The notes beneath the pieces are model-generated. The model saw nothing but the letters and a program-made list of their open reading frames with translations, made no database searches and was not told where the DNA came from. A program made the position numbers and the translations under genes. Shown here one piece after another: positions 27,040-38,491 of a DNA stretch of 64,000 nt; within the stretch, counting starts at the first letter, position 1; each line of letters begins with the position of its first letter. This DNA comes from Tubiluchus corallicola (Eukaryota; Animalia; Priapulida): assembly GCA_030141605.1 (NCBI GenBank), contig JAQGDQ010000571.1, positions 62,001 through 126,000 of the forward strand. The letters are read 5' to 3'.

Positions 27040-27583
27040 CAATACAGCCAAATCACGTTGAAAATACCGGTTCTCGTCTGATCACCGAAGTAAAGCAACG
27101 TAGAGCCTGGTTAGTGCTTGGATGGGTGACCGCCTAGGAATACCAGGTGCTGTAGGCTTGCGGGATGCCCATGCTGTACCTCGACACTAGGCGGAGGAGC
27201 TGCACAAGCAGCCAACGGCTAGAGGGCGGAGGAGGTCAAGTGACCCAACGGCCATGCGTAAATGAGTAAACCTTCCAAATCAGGAGTTGGAGCCCCGAAG
27301 GCGGACCAGTGCAGCATGCTCACTGACTCCTGCAGCCAACCTGGTGCCAAACGTATCGCTCCGCTTTCCTTTGGACTACACCAGCGAGGAAGAGACGGGG
27401 TTCCTTTTGTCTGGGCAACTCAGGATCTCCATACACCTCGCCCCGGCGTGCGCCCTGGAGACGTTCAAGGATCGCACTGCTCAGCCACAATCGACGCTGC
27501 AGCTCCATGAATGTGATCAATAAATGACTCTCTTGGCGCACACTTCATTGTCTTTCGAGACAGAAGGATGCCAACCAGCCAAC
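27040..27583 (+). mobile_element. Full-length 5S-derived SINE (~540 bp): 5S head + RTE-derived body + (ccaa)n tail
   Basis: 5S head at ~27040-27159 with A and C boxes; 3' part translates RSRIALLSHNRRCSS (RTE C-terminal zinc-finger remnant) and ends cattgtctttcgagacagaaggatgccaacc. Confidence 0.92.
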
Positions 27584-28452
27584 AAGACAGCAAAACAATA
27601 AAGAAATCAACCAGTTTTCATCATGGTCTTCACAGCAGAAAATAAGGCACTGACAAAACTCTGTCATCAAGGAAAGCTGGGACTTAACCTTCTGGATTAC
27701 GGGGTCGAGAATTCTCTTAAACAGAAAGTGGACAATGGCCGCACAGAGTCGTTTAATGCAGAGGCGCTAAAACAAAAATTTTTGAGTACTGTAGTCTGCG
27801 GCAGAGAAGTGACTTCTTGAAAAAGTGAGAAACCATTGTTTCCTTGGTAAATATCGTGATCAAAAGTTCAGCACACTTTTTTGCGCCTCCCGATATACTG
27901 TAGGTAATTATACCAAATTGTAGTAAAACGTGTGCCTAGCACCACTGTAGGTGCATTTCATACAGCGCTGTATAATGAATTGTGATTTATTGGTGAAAAC
28001 AAATTCTTAAAATGAGAAATTACTTGACAGCACCGACTTAAGCAAAGACAATATGGTTGTTTAATCCAGTACAATCATCTGCAACGTTTTAACGTTGAAA
28101 AAGTTGAAACGTTGGATGCGATTTTGTTCGAACAAATCTGCTAAGTGTGCAGTCTTTGCTTAAGTGGGTACTGTCATTCATTTTTTATTTTATTAAAATT
28201 TTGTTTTTTAACGTATTTTTACTTATAATTTAACCATGCTTATAACGGTACCGCCTTCTATTTGTCGGCCAATCGTCCGGTTTTCCTTTAAACTTCCTGC
28301 ATCTATATGCTTCATGCACTTATCACGTTGGGTTTAGCTTACTGTTACCACTTAAATTTAGAAATATCTAACAAAGAAATTTTCGAAAACTGTCTTTAAA
28401 ACATAATGTTTATATGTAAACATAATGTTAATGCATGTGTGTGTTAAACACA

Positions 28453-28489
<37 letters not shown>

Positions 28490-28671
28490 TGCGTGCGTGC
28501 GTGCGTGTGTGGCTGTATAATATGTCCTATATATATATATATAGAGAGAGAGAGAGGGGGAGAGAGAATATATTATAATAATGAATTGTAGAACCTGAAT
28601 TATCCAAACCTAAAATAAATTGTTTAAATTAATAACTGCTGTCTGGTAAATTAATTTTTATTGTTTTCTAG

Positions 28672-28765
28672 GCCGGATCGTTTAGAAACAGAGACGACAG
28701 ATACAACATGCTTCGTGCCTTGTTACAGAAGAGGAATGAAACTTATACACTTAGGGTTGGGTTAG
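28672..28765 (+). CDS. Secreted mosaic protein, exon 4: C-terminal part of the TSP1 domain and stop
   Basis: ttctag| phase 2; (G)PDRLETETTDTTCFVPCYRRGMKLIHLGLG-TAG completes the TSP1 'CxG..E...C..PC' pattern; the stop lies inside a TTAGGG-like tract. Confidence 0.7.
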
Positions 28766-28858
28766 GGTCAGGATTAGGGTTAGGGTAGGGTTAGGGTTAG
28801 GATTAGGGTTAGGGTTGGGTTAGGGTCAGGATTAGGGTTAGGGTTGGGTTACGGTTAG
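28751..28858 (+). repeat. Degenerate interstitial (TTAGGG)n-like tract
   Basis: ttaggg units mixed with ttgggt/tcagga variants. Confidence 0.9.
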
Positions 28859-29207
28859 TGTATTTAAATTGTGTGGGGGAATTGTAAACTCCTTTCCAAG
28901 ATTTTCTGCTGTGCAACTTTATAGTACAGATTGCACCAGACAAGGCCAAAAGAAACCAAGTTTCTACAGTTAGATGTTTAAAACACTAATACAGGTTCTC
29001 ACAGGGAACTAATTGGAATTAATTTCCAGATTATACGAAGTGTTCTGCTCATGTGCGTGTGCAATAAGCAAAACAAAGTTCTTCATAGACTTTGACTTGT
29101 TAGTATGCGGTGGAATTCACATCAATTCAGTTCGGTTTTGTTTCATGTTTGTTCATCATTTTAGTGCAAAGGCTGTTAGTTTTCTTGTAAAATGGAACTG
29201 TCTATAA

Positions 29208-29578
29208 TATAGGTTTTACACATCAAATGTAGACACAGGAAAGTTCAAATGTGACTTAGGTAAGTCAAATGTAGACATAGGAATTTCGAATGTGTTTTGG
29301 TAACTCAAATGTGACTTAGGTAAGTCAAATGTAGACATAGGAATTTCGAATGTGTTTTGGTAACTCAAATGTGACTTAGGTAAGTCAAATGTAGACATAT
29401 GACATTGGACTTGACATGTATCTGCATTTGACTTACCAAAAACGCTTAAGATTTCTTGAAAACCATTGTTAACACATTTGAACTGCCTAAGTCTACATTT
29501 GAGTTACCAAGACACATTTGAACTACCTAAATCTACATTTGAGTTAACGTAGGTCTATATTTGACATGTGAAACCTAC
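29208..29578. mobile_element. MITE, same family as 25674-25945, with an internal 60-bp tandem duplication
   Basis: tataggttttacacatcaaatgtagac...tttgacatgtgaaacctac; lines 29281 and 29341 are nearly identical. Confidence 0.75.
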
Positions 29579-29839
29579 ATGATTATTAATAAAGCGTTTG
29601 TGTGTGGATGTATGTGACTTGATGGCTTCTTTTTAGGTTTTACTTTAAACACAATGGCTTCCTGCGGCACACGCCTCAGTTAAAGATGTTGTCAGCACGT
29701 CGCGAGGGTGCAAGGCTCAACAGCACTTTTGTGCAATGGGGTTCGAGCTTTGCAACTTGCAGAAAGGTATGACCCTTTTTTACAGTGAGTAGACAGCAAT
29801 TTAATGCAATTCTAAAAATTTGTAAGTTTCTAATATCGT

Positions 29840-30113
29840 TCCTTTCAACATCAAATCCTTTCAACACCAATTCCTTTCTACATCAAATCCTTTCAACATC
29901 AAATCCTTTCAACATCAAATCCTTTCTACATCAAATCCTTTCTACATCAAATCCTTTCAACATCAAATCCTTTCTACATCAAATCCTTTCAACATCAAAT
30001 CCTTTCAACACCAAATCCTTTCTACATCAAATCCTTTCAACATCAAATCCTTTCAACATCAAATCCTTTCAACATCAAATCCTTTCAACATCAAATCCTT
30101 TCTACATCAAATC
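29840..30113. repeat. Minisatellite, ~17 copies of 16-bp cctttc(a/t)acatcaaat
   Basis: Directly visible. Confidence 0.95.
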
Positions 30114-30117
30114 TTAA

Positions 30118-31166
30118 GGCACAAGAAAACCCTCTCTACTCACGTAAAGCTTTAAAATTCGTCTTTAAATTTTTTACCGCTTACTAATTGCCCTTTTGCA
30201 TACAGGGCTTACGTCGGCAGTAACACCGTAGAAAACCTACAAATTTACACTCCTGCGATGACAGCTAGACGCAGCCATTTTCAAGAAAATCTTCTGAAAC
30301 AAGTTTAGATTACAATGAGAAAAGTTTAAAAAAGTAACTAGAGCATTTAGAGTGCGCTCGTCACTAATTAAGTAAAATGTTAAATTGCAGTATTTTCTGA
30401 ATAAAATTAAAATACGTTTTTTGGTTAGTGACTGGTGCACCCTAGAGGTGAGTCAACGACATTTCATCACTTGGTGAAAACATTTTAAACAATTAATATT
30501 TTTTCTAATTACCCAAGTCTTTCAAGCAGGTAAGGGAAATACTCAGTAATATAAGTTTGCATGGAAAGTCTTTTGGGACGCAGTTTAAACATTTCCTTTT
30601 CTATCCCTGATTTAGTTTAATATATGGCCTCCAATCAATTATAATGCAATTTTAATATACCTCTATGTAAATTAAACATACACTGTGGTCGTTTCTTCTC
30701 CTCTTTTCCTTCTTCCTATCCCTAATCTTACTATTTTTTCAATTCCATCATGTCTACTAACCCTAACCATTCTTTCATTCACTCATTTCTGCCACCTTAA
30801 CAAGGCAAGCTTTCAAGGTGTCATACAGCAACTCTTTTATTTGGTTAATTTGACTTCATCAACGTTTTTTTACCTATACTGTTTCTTTTTGTTTCAATAA
30901 TATTGTATGTCGATGTATTCTATATGTATTGCTGGAGTGAAATAAATTGATTGATTGATTGATTGATTGACATTTCCTTTTCTTTCCCTGATTTACGTTG
31001 CGCATATATGACGTCTTGCAATGGCGCTTTCGGAACAGCTTTGCGGGAGATTTAAAATGAAAACAAACAAAAAATGCTTTTAACGCAAGTACGGCACACA
31101 CAAAAAATAATATGAATCTTAAGGCGATTTTGCTGAATCTATTTCAGGCTTCCCTTTTCTTGTCCT
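30118..31166 (-). mobile_element. TTAA-flanked non-autonomous DNA transposon, family K3, carrying a nested LINE 3' fragment (~30530-30970, (ttga)n tail)
   Basis: TTAA|GGCACAAGAAAA...TTTTCTTGTCCT|TTAA; reverse-complement homology to 58853-59534 and 31585-32013. Confidence 0.72.
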
Positions 31167-31584
31167 TTAAATTCGTGGCAAAAATCCGACGTGGTGAGTG
31201 GATACGTTCGTGTAACGCAGGGTGGAACTTTCCAATAGATATAGTACACCATTGGCCTGCGGCCCAAGTATATTAGTTTCATTAGGAAACTTTTTTGTGG
31301 TGCAGCGCACCAGCATATAACCTTGTTTCAAGCGTACCCTGGGTATTTCATTATAATATGTATTCAAATGTATAAGGGCCCATTACAATAAGTTAAGAGC
31401 CGTTACTGTGGGGCCTTTGTACACTAAGTATAGGCCTATAGCGGCCTTCTAGTGGTGGGAGGGCTACGCTAGCATTTCTATAAACTTGGGTGCCCGCAAG
31501 TAGGTAAATCAGGTCCTGGAAACAAGGAATCTTAAATAAAATCTCAGTAATTCTGCAACACTCACCATTGAATGTTTTGTTTAA

Positions 31585-32013
31585 AAGGACAAGAAAAGGG
31601 ACACCTGAAGTAGGTTTCAGACAAATCCCATTAAAAAATTATATAGCAATTTTATGCGTACATCGTATTCGCGTTGAAAGGATATTTTGTTTGTTTTCAT
31701 TTTAAACCTTCCGCAATAATGTTCCGACCACACCATTACTTGACGTCACCTACGCGGGGGAAGAAAAGGAAACGTTAACCTGTGTCCCAAAAAACTTTCC
31801 ACGCAAAGTCATGTTACTAAAGTTATGCAAAGTGGAGAGTATCTCGTCCTTATTTTGTCCTCATTTCTCCTATGCATTGGCGCCAAAAATGTTATACGTT
31901 TTATTTGATGTGCGAATTGTCAAAATGGTGAAACCATGATGGCTTCTCCACATGTAGAAAGTTTTAAGACGAATTTTTAAGCTTTACGTGAGTAGAGCGG
32001 GTTTTCTTATGCT
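31585..32013 (+). mobile_element. Family K3 element, internally deleted
   Basis: TTAA|AAGGACAAGAAAAGG...TTTTCTTATGCT|TTAA. Confidence 0.7.
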
Positions 32014-35000
32014 TTAAGGACTTGATGTTGAAAGGAACGCTATTAGAAACTTACAAGTTATTTGGTTTGCATTAAATTGCTCTCTACTAACTGTAAAAAA
32101 AGAGTCATGCCTTTCTGCAAGTCGCAAAGTTCGAACCCCATTGCATTAAGCCTTATACCTTCGCGTTGTGCTGACAACGTCTTTAACTGGGGCTTGTGCC
32201 ACAGGAAGCCAATATGATTTAAATAAGACAGGTGTAACTATCCTGTGTAGCATAAATTTACTAGGCTACGTACAAAAATATCCATTAGAAAATGTCTCAT
32301 TCTGCCAGGGAACCAAAAATGACCTTGAATCTTTTTACAGCTTTCAGAGTATTAACACAAGAATATGTAACAGAACCATGGAAATGTGTAGAAGTTGTTT
32401 CAGCTATATGCTCATAAATGTCTTAACTTCGTTCAGAGATTGATGACGATATTTATTTTGTATCTATTTTTATTTTTCTGATTTTTACGATTTTAGCTTG
32501 TAATAATTATATAGTATCAATCTCGTGTGATAATTAACACCAGAACACACAGCATGAACCAGCACACATGAAATAATTCCACCATGTTGAGTGGAAAGTT
32601 GACATCTTCAAATGTGGAAAGATAGGCAAGGATGTTGTTCCAGTGTGCCTGAAAACAGATAAAAACTATACTCATTAAGTCGTTTATTAAAATAAAGAAG
32701 TTTACAAAAACTAGGCCAATTTTTAGGTTCTGTGTAAGTGGAGGGTAGTCTTGTGCTTTAAATATCTGTGGCAATTCGTTGTTAATTTTGGATGAGATGG
32801 ACATCATCCAAATAGGTTTATTTCTGGAATGAAAAATTGAAAGTGAAGATAGCAGAGTATTTTTAATAATTTAAAATTAACTCCCGAAAATTTTGTTTAT
32901 GCAATTTATTTATTTATTATTCAATAAAATATTAAATAAACCTAATTTGTGCACTGGGACAATGAGCGTTCACAAGACTCATTACCTTGGCCCTTTTAAA
33001 CCAGAGTTCTCTTGTGGTTGTTTTCTCATTATTTTTGCCGACAGGAGTCTCCACTGTCAGTGGCGGTTGCGCGCGTCTGCCCCCTTTTGCAGTGTGCAAC
33101 TGCCGTTTAGAGTTCATTCGGCCATTAGACATTTTGGTTGATCCCATGTGCCGATTTGTTAACCAACCTAACAAGATATTAAAACGTGTTGCAACATATA
33201 CATAAACCTAAGTCAGTAATTCTGTTAAAAAATACTTAAAATTATTTGAAATTAGTGGTACTTACCAACGGGTTTTGTCAAAAGAGGCATCCCTGTTCAT
33301 AAGAACAACATACTGCATGCATCTGAACGGTAAACTTGAACCAAGAGAATATCCATGACAACGGAGCAATAATGATGTTTAAATTTTCTCTCCTGGATAC
33401 GAAAAACTGTCTTGGATACAAACATTCAAGTTTAGTTTCATAGTTAATTCAGCTAGCTTTCATAGTAGTTTAAATCAGACTCGGAAATCTGGTTAAGTGA
33501 TTAAAGTATTTTACGAGCCAAGTATAAAAACACCACTGTGTAAAGTTAAAGTTAAAGAATTACATTATTAAAACCGCCTCCAACTCTGGAGATGGAGCAA
33601 TAGTTGATTATACGCACTACCTAGAATGAGTCCATGAATTATAGTTCCAAGTTATTATTATATTAAAATTTTATAAAAATAAATCTACCAACAGACGACA
33701 CTTATACATTTGGTAGGGGTCTCCGTATTGTTTCAAATTTCAAAATATTACCTCATATAAAGGTTTTACACGCATTTATCACGTGTCCATTAGACAATTC
33801 GTCAAATTCAATTTGTCACAGTTCGAACCAACATGCAGTACTTTAGGTAGACCTACTCTTCTTGATGATTGTGGCAGTATCGGAACTTAGCTCCTCATCA
33901 AAGATAATGAATTTTCTAAGATGAGACTGTGATCTAACAGTGATGTTTTGGCTATCTTTGCCTGAGTTTAACAGAGTGTCTCAGGGATAACGACATGGGG
34001 GTGGCCTACAGCAGATTGGTGAGGTGCCCCATCGCTCTTTCATTCGTCAATCAGACATGATATTGCTTATCTTTTACCCGGTATCGTGACCACTTCCCTC
34101 TTGTTCTTCTTCTTCTACCGCGTTTTCTGCAGCAATTTTATGCTAATGCCGCAATGTTTTATTTGTTTGTTGCAAAAGGACAGTCTAAATTGTTTACGTG
34201 ATTACGTTTCAATCTATTTATACAGTACCGGATTTAGATTCTAGGAGGTCCTAAGCTACATGAAACCTGGGGCCCTCTTTTTAAAATTGCACACGTTCGT
34301 CCCAGAAAATTTGAATATATATATACATATAGGTATGCTTTTTAATTGTTTAATAGCAAAATCAACAATACAAACTATTTCGTGATTAAAATATTACTTA
34401 ATTATTACTTAATTATGCGAGTCAGTATAAAACCCAATCTGCACTGCGTTTATCTGTATTCTATTAAGATACTTTATCTGGTAAAGCACTAGTATTTACA
34501 TGTCCCCATTATGTCAAGCAAACGTGATCATGTAGACATGTCTACTGTTTTGTGTATTCTCAGATAAATTTTCTTCAGGTGTTATACTTTACGACACTTC
34601 AGCAGACAGCAGTCAATAACAGATTTTACTCAATGTAGATGGTTATGACGGATCAGGAACTGTTTTCGTTGAGTAACTGTGAACTACGAATTTGTTTTCA
34701 CACACCAAAATACAATATAATACACTTTATGTAATATGATTTGAGTAGTGCAAGGTGAGTGTACGACCATACGGTCATTAACACACTCGCCTTAATTAAA
34801 TGAAAAAATGATTATAGTTATGTATGCTTCTGTAGAATAACTTAATGTAAATAAGAATGAAGTAAATGATGTAATAATAGCAATGGTATATGTGAAAGTT
34901 GTAACTGTGTATTTTAGGTGCTGCCATCTATTGACTAATCACTTTACATTTTACTAGTTAAACTCAGCCCTAGTACAATTGCTCGGTCCAGTGAATATGC

Positions 35001-35401
35001 ATACTCACTGGATCTCCCCCTATTTTACTGTAATGGTATTTGTGAAGCCAAGTTTTGCATAGTTCTCTACCTATATATATTGGCTGGATTCTACTTCTAG
35101 TCACTCTCTGTCACGCTCTCAGTGCAGTGCAGTCGTGCTACTTATGTGATTCTCTGAGAGCTCTGAGATGCGCCACTGTAGTTATGTTTGTTTATCGTGA
35201 CACATTTACAAACGTACAAACATCAGCAACAAATAAAGGAGAGAGATTTAATTCAACTGTGAAAGAAACGTTTAGTAGAGACAAAATTTGGCCAGAACAT
35301 GCAGAACTAGCAACAATTAATTCCTCACAACAATATTTCTGAAAATCCAATTTCCAACACGAAAATTACAAACTCGACGCATACCCGATTGTTTTATCAG
35401 C

Positions 35402-35562
35402 GGGCAGAGCTCGGGTAATGATTTCCAGATCATACTAACAATTTGACTCAACATAGTTGCACAAGGTATATACACAGATACAGGGCAGAGCTCGGGTAAT
35501 GATTTCCAGATCATACTAACAATTTGACTCAACATAGTTGCACAAGGTATATACACAGATAC
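35402..35562. repeat. Perfect ~81-bp tandem duplication
   Basis: gggcagagctcgggtaatgatttccagatc...tatatacacagataca occurs twice head-to-tail. Confidence 0.9.
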
Positions 35563-36793
35563 ACAAATTTAGTTGTAAAAACTCCATGAAGCCTAAAAAC
35601 TATTAACTAAGCATTTGTATATATGTGATAAACAAATATTTTACTTATATGATAATCACAGTGATGCGGTTATATGTCCGCTAACAAAGCTATACTATTT
35701 AATTCAAAAATTTATGCATACAGTCGTAAATGAAATTTCCATTTGACATTAATTTTCTATCAAATAAATTTGCAATATTGCTATAATTTAACGCGTACAG
35801 TTATCTATAAAGTGCATTTTAATGGCACTCGCACAAAAAATGCCCTTCGATTAATTAGAAACTCTTCGCACAGTTGCATCTAGGTTTAATATAAGTAATA
35901 ACTGATTTGTAGAATGAAAGGCTGATTTCAGAAAAAAACTACAATAATCTTGCATAATGAGAAATCTTGACTACTCATTGTAAAGACAATTGTGTCATTG
36001 TCATTTGCAATGGCAGAAAATTTGCGAATAAACTTTCAATAATCCTATTATTACAAAGTGTCAATATAAAATCCTGATACCGTGGGCTTTTCATAACTAT
36101 ACATGGGCAAACCATATTTGGATATCAATACGTCCTTCCTCTACCAGATAAACAGCAGAATCAGTATGACGAAAGAAACAGCCTAGAGTGACTACTGTAG
36201 CTGTCAACCATTGTTGCTTAGTGTTGCTTAACTTCAGTCACTAATCACAAATAACGACCAATCTGTTAAGTTTGCAAGTTAATGCGTGAGCCACCGAACT
36301 TATCTAACAGTTAATTAGGCCCGTATTGTATATTGCATCAGTCTATTAATCTGTTATGTGTATTAGGCACGTTAGTTCGGGAATATGACGTCTGTTTTGG
36401 GGTAAATGGGCGTATTTTGCAAATAAATAAGACCAGGAAAAACAATAGCCAAAAATTAGTTTAAGATTTATATTAAACCCATGGTTATAATTACATATTT
36501 TATGTCGGTTTACATACTTAATATGCTTTTGTTTAGAGTCTTATGTACGTAGACATCATGTATTTGTATTTTGAAATAGAGTACCTAGTATCCGTCTGTT
36601 TAGTTTTCTGTGTGTGAGTGTAAATTTTAAAAGCGTTAACTACGCACTACCAACGTAGTAAATTGGCAAATTGCCAGCTGCATTATTATAGCAAGTAGGG
36701 CATGGCAAAATGGGGCACAGACATTTAGCTAGAATTGGGTCAGCCAGCATGATATGGCAAGTTTTTAGCACTGATTGTGCCACGATACGGATT

Positions 36794-36944
36794 TGCGCAC
36801 GACGCCCAAAACAAACACTTGCCAGATTTGACTGGTAGCATGATAATTATGGCAAGACTTTGTTATTGATTTTGCACACGACCTGCCTTTGTTTTGCACA
36901 CGGCACACACGGCATGACTTTGCGTTTTGCCTGCCTGTATAAAA
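36794..36944 (+). promoter_or_regulatory. Metallothionein promoter: three MREs, ARE-like site, TATA box
   Basis: TGCRCNC cores at 36794-36800 (TGCGCAC), 36873-36879 and 36895-36901 (TGCACAC, followed by G/GG); ATGACTTTGC (RTGACnnnGC) at 36914-36923; TATAAAA at 36938-36944. Confidence 0.88.
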
Positions 36945-37075
36945 TGGGAAGGCGCAAACATCTTGCCAGTTTTGCCTTACTTGCCATACCTAGAGAGTTG
37001 AACGGTTAGCGACGTCAATTGGACAACCTACTGTAGCTGCTCCACGTCGAGAATTCGAAGCGAAGTCTATAGAAA

Positions 37076-37091
37076 ATGGACACGAAACCAT
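37076..37091 (+). CDS. MT: Metallothionein exon 1 (MDTKP + first base of Ser)
   Basis: aaaATGG start context ~135 bp after TATA; phase-1 donor t|gtgagt fits exon 2. Confidence 0.85.
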
Positions 37092-37733
37092 GTGAGTATT
37101 TCGTATAATCACATCTTAAGCTGTGCAGTTATCATTGCAAGTAAAGTGTTGTTATTAATATTTAATTTAATTATAATAAACATCATTATTATGCAGGTCT
37201 GTATAATTGTAGGCTGTTTTTCAAAATGGATAACTATATTTATGGGTACCGCATATTTTATAAGCAAAGGTTTCCTAAAACAAAACGGACCGCATGGATT
37301 AGATCAAGTTTTTTATATCTCGTATGAAACCCCATTTTTCATAATTTAATTCTATCTTGTAGGTAGACTAATTGTGAATACGTATCCATTGATAACAATC
37401 GGTTTACAATGCATATTTGGCTTTGAAACGTCTCTGCTAATTTACATATGTGATAAATTTCTGAACCCCTGAAACTGAAGTTTATTATTGTGTGGTGTAG
37501 TAGTTACCATAGTTTCAGCTTACCTGTAATGCAGAAAAAAGGGATACTACTGCCACTAGTGGGCGAAACTTTTGCCAGAATTCAAATTTCCCGCTGTTAT
37601 GGGATTAAAACCAGAGACACATAGTAAAAATTAAAGGTAGGCCTGTCTTTCAAATGCCTCAGTGTTGTACATTTAATATGGGGCAGTGTGTAATAATTTT
37701 GTCTGTTCTATATAAATAATAATAAGTTACTAT

Positions 37734-38241
37734 GCGGGCAAATCACGTTGAAAACACCGGTTCTCGTCTGATCACCGAAGTTAAGCAATGTAGAGCCTAG
37801 TTAGTGCTTGGATGGGTGACCGCCTAGGAATACCAGCTGCTGTAAGCTTGCGGGATGCCCACACTGTATATCAACACTAGGCAGAGGAGCTGTACAAACA
37901 GCCAACGGCTAGAGGGCGGAGGAGGTCAAGTGACCCAACAGAGGAGTAAACCTTCCAAATTAGGAGTGGATACTCCGGCAACTCGTGCAACCAACCTGGT
38001 GCCAAACGTATCGTTCCGCTTTCCTTTAGACTACACCAGCGAGGAAGAGAGGGGGTTCCGTTTGTCTGGGCAACTCAGGATCTCCATACACCTTGCCCAG
38101 GCGACCCCCCTGGACCACCCTGGAGACGTTCAAGGATCGCACTGCTCAGCCACGGTCGACGCTGCAGCTCCATCAATGTGATCAATAACTGACTCTCTTG
38201 ACACACACTCCATTGTCTTTCGAGACAGAAGGATGCCAACC
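37734..38241 (+). mobile_element. Near full-length 5S-derived SINE inside the metallothionein intron
   Basis: 5S head and the same body; 10-bp TSD aagttactat at 37724-37733 and 38242-38251. Confidence 0.92.
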
Positions 38242-38297
38242 AAGTTACTATATATTAAAACCTTTAAAATTTAATTATTTTATTCTTTCTGTTTCAG

Positions 38298-38491
38298 CAA
38301 ACTGCAAGTGTGGCCCTGTGTGCAAATGTGGCGACCTGTGCAGGTGCACGTCAGACGGCAAATGTGGCTGCAACTGCAAATGCGATCCATGCAGCTGCAA
38401 TCCGTGCAGTTGCTGCAATCCCGACAGTGTTTGCTGCCAGACTGGGTGCAAGTGTGACAACTGCGCATGTGCAAGCTGTCCGGGGAAGTAG
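38298..38491 (+). CDS. MT: Metallothionein exon 2
   Basis: tttcag|; spliced protein MDTKPSNCKCGPVCKCGDLCRCTSDGKCGCNCKCDPCSCNPCSCCNPDSVCCQTGCKCDNCACASCPGK (69 aa, 22 Cys, no aromatic residues); AATAAA at ~38580. Confidence 0.95.

Noticed and set aside
27262-27541. ORFs shared with 9195-9433 and 37855-38181
   Set aside because: SINE body; frames shift between copies.
28751-28858. True telomere
   Set aside because: Short, degenerate and internal.
33045-33205. Possible extra exon of the mosaic gene (GVSTVSGGCARLPP...)
   Set aside because: Has an acceptor and three Cys but no recognisable domain, and no phase-1 donor was found in exon 4 to connect it.
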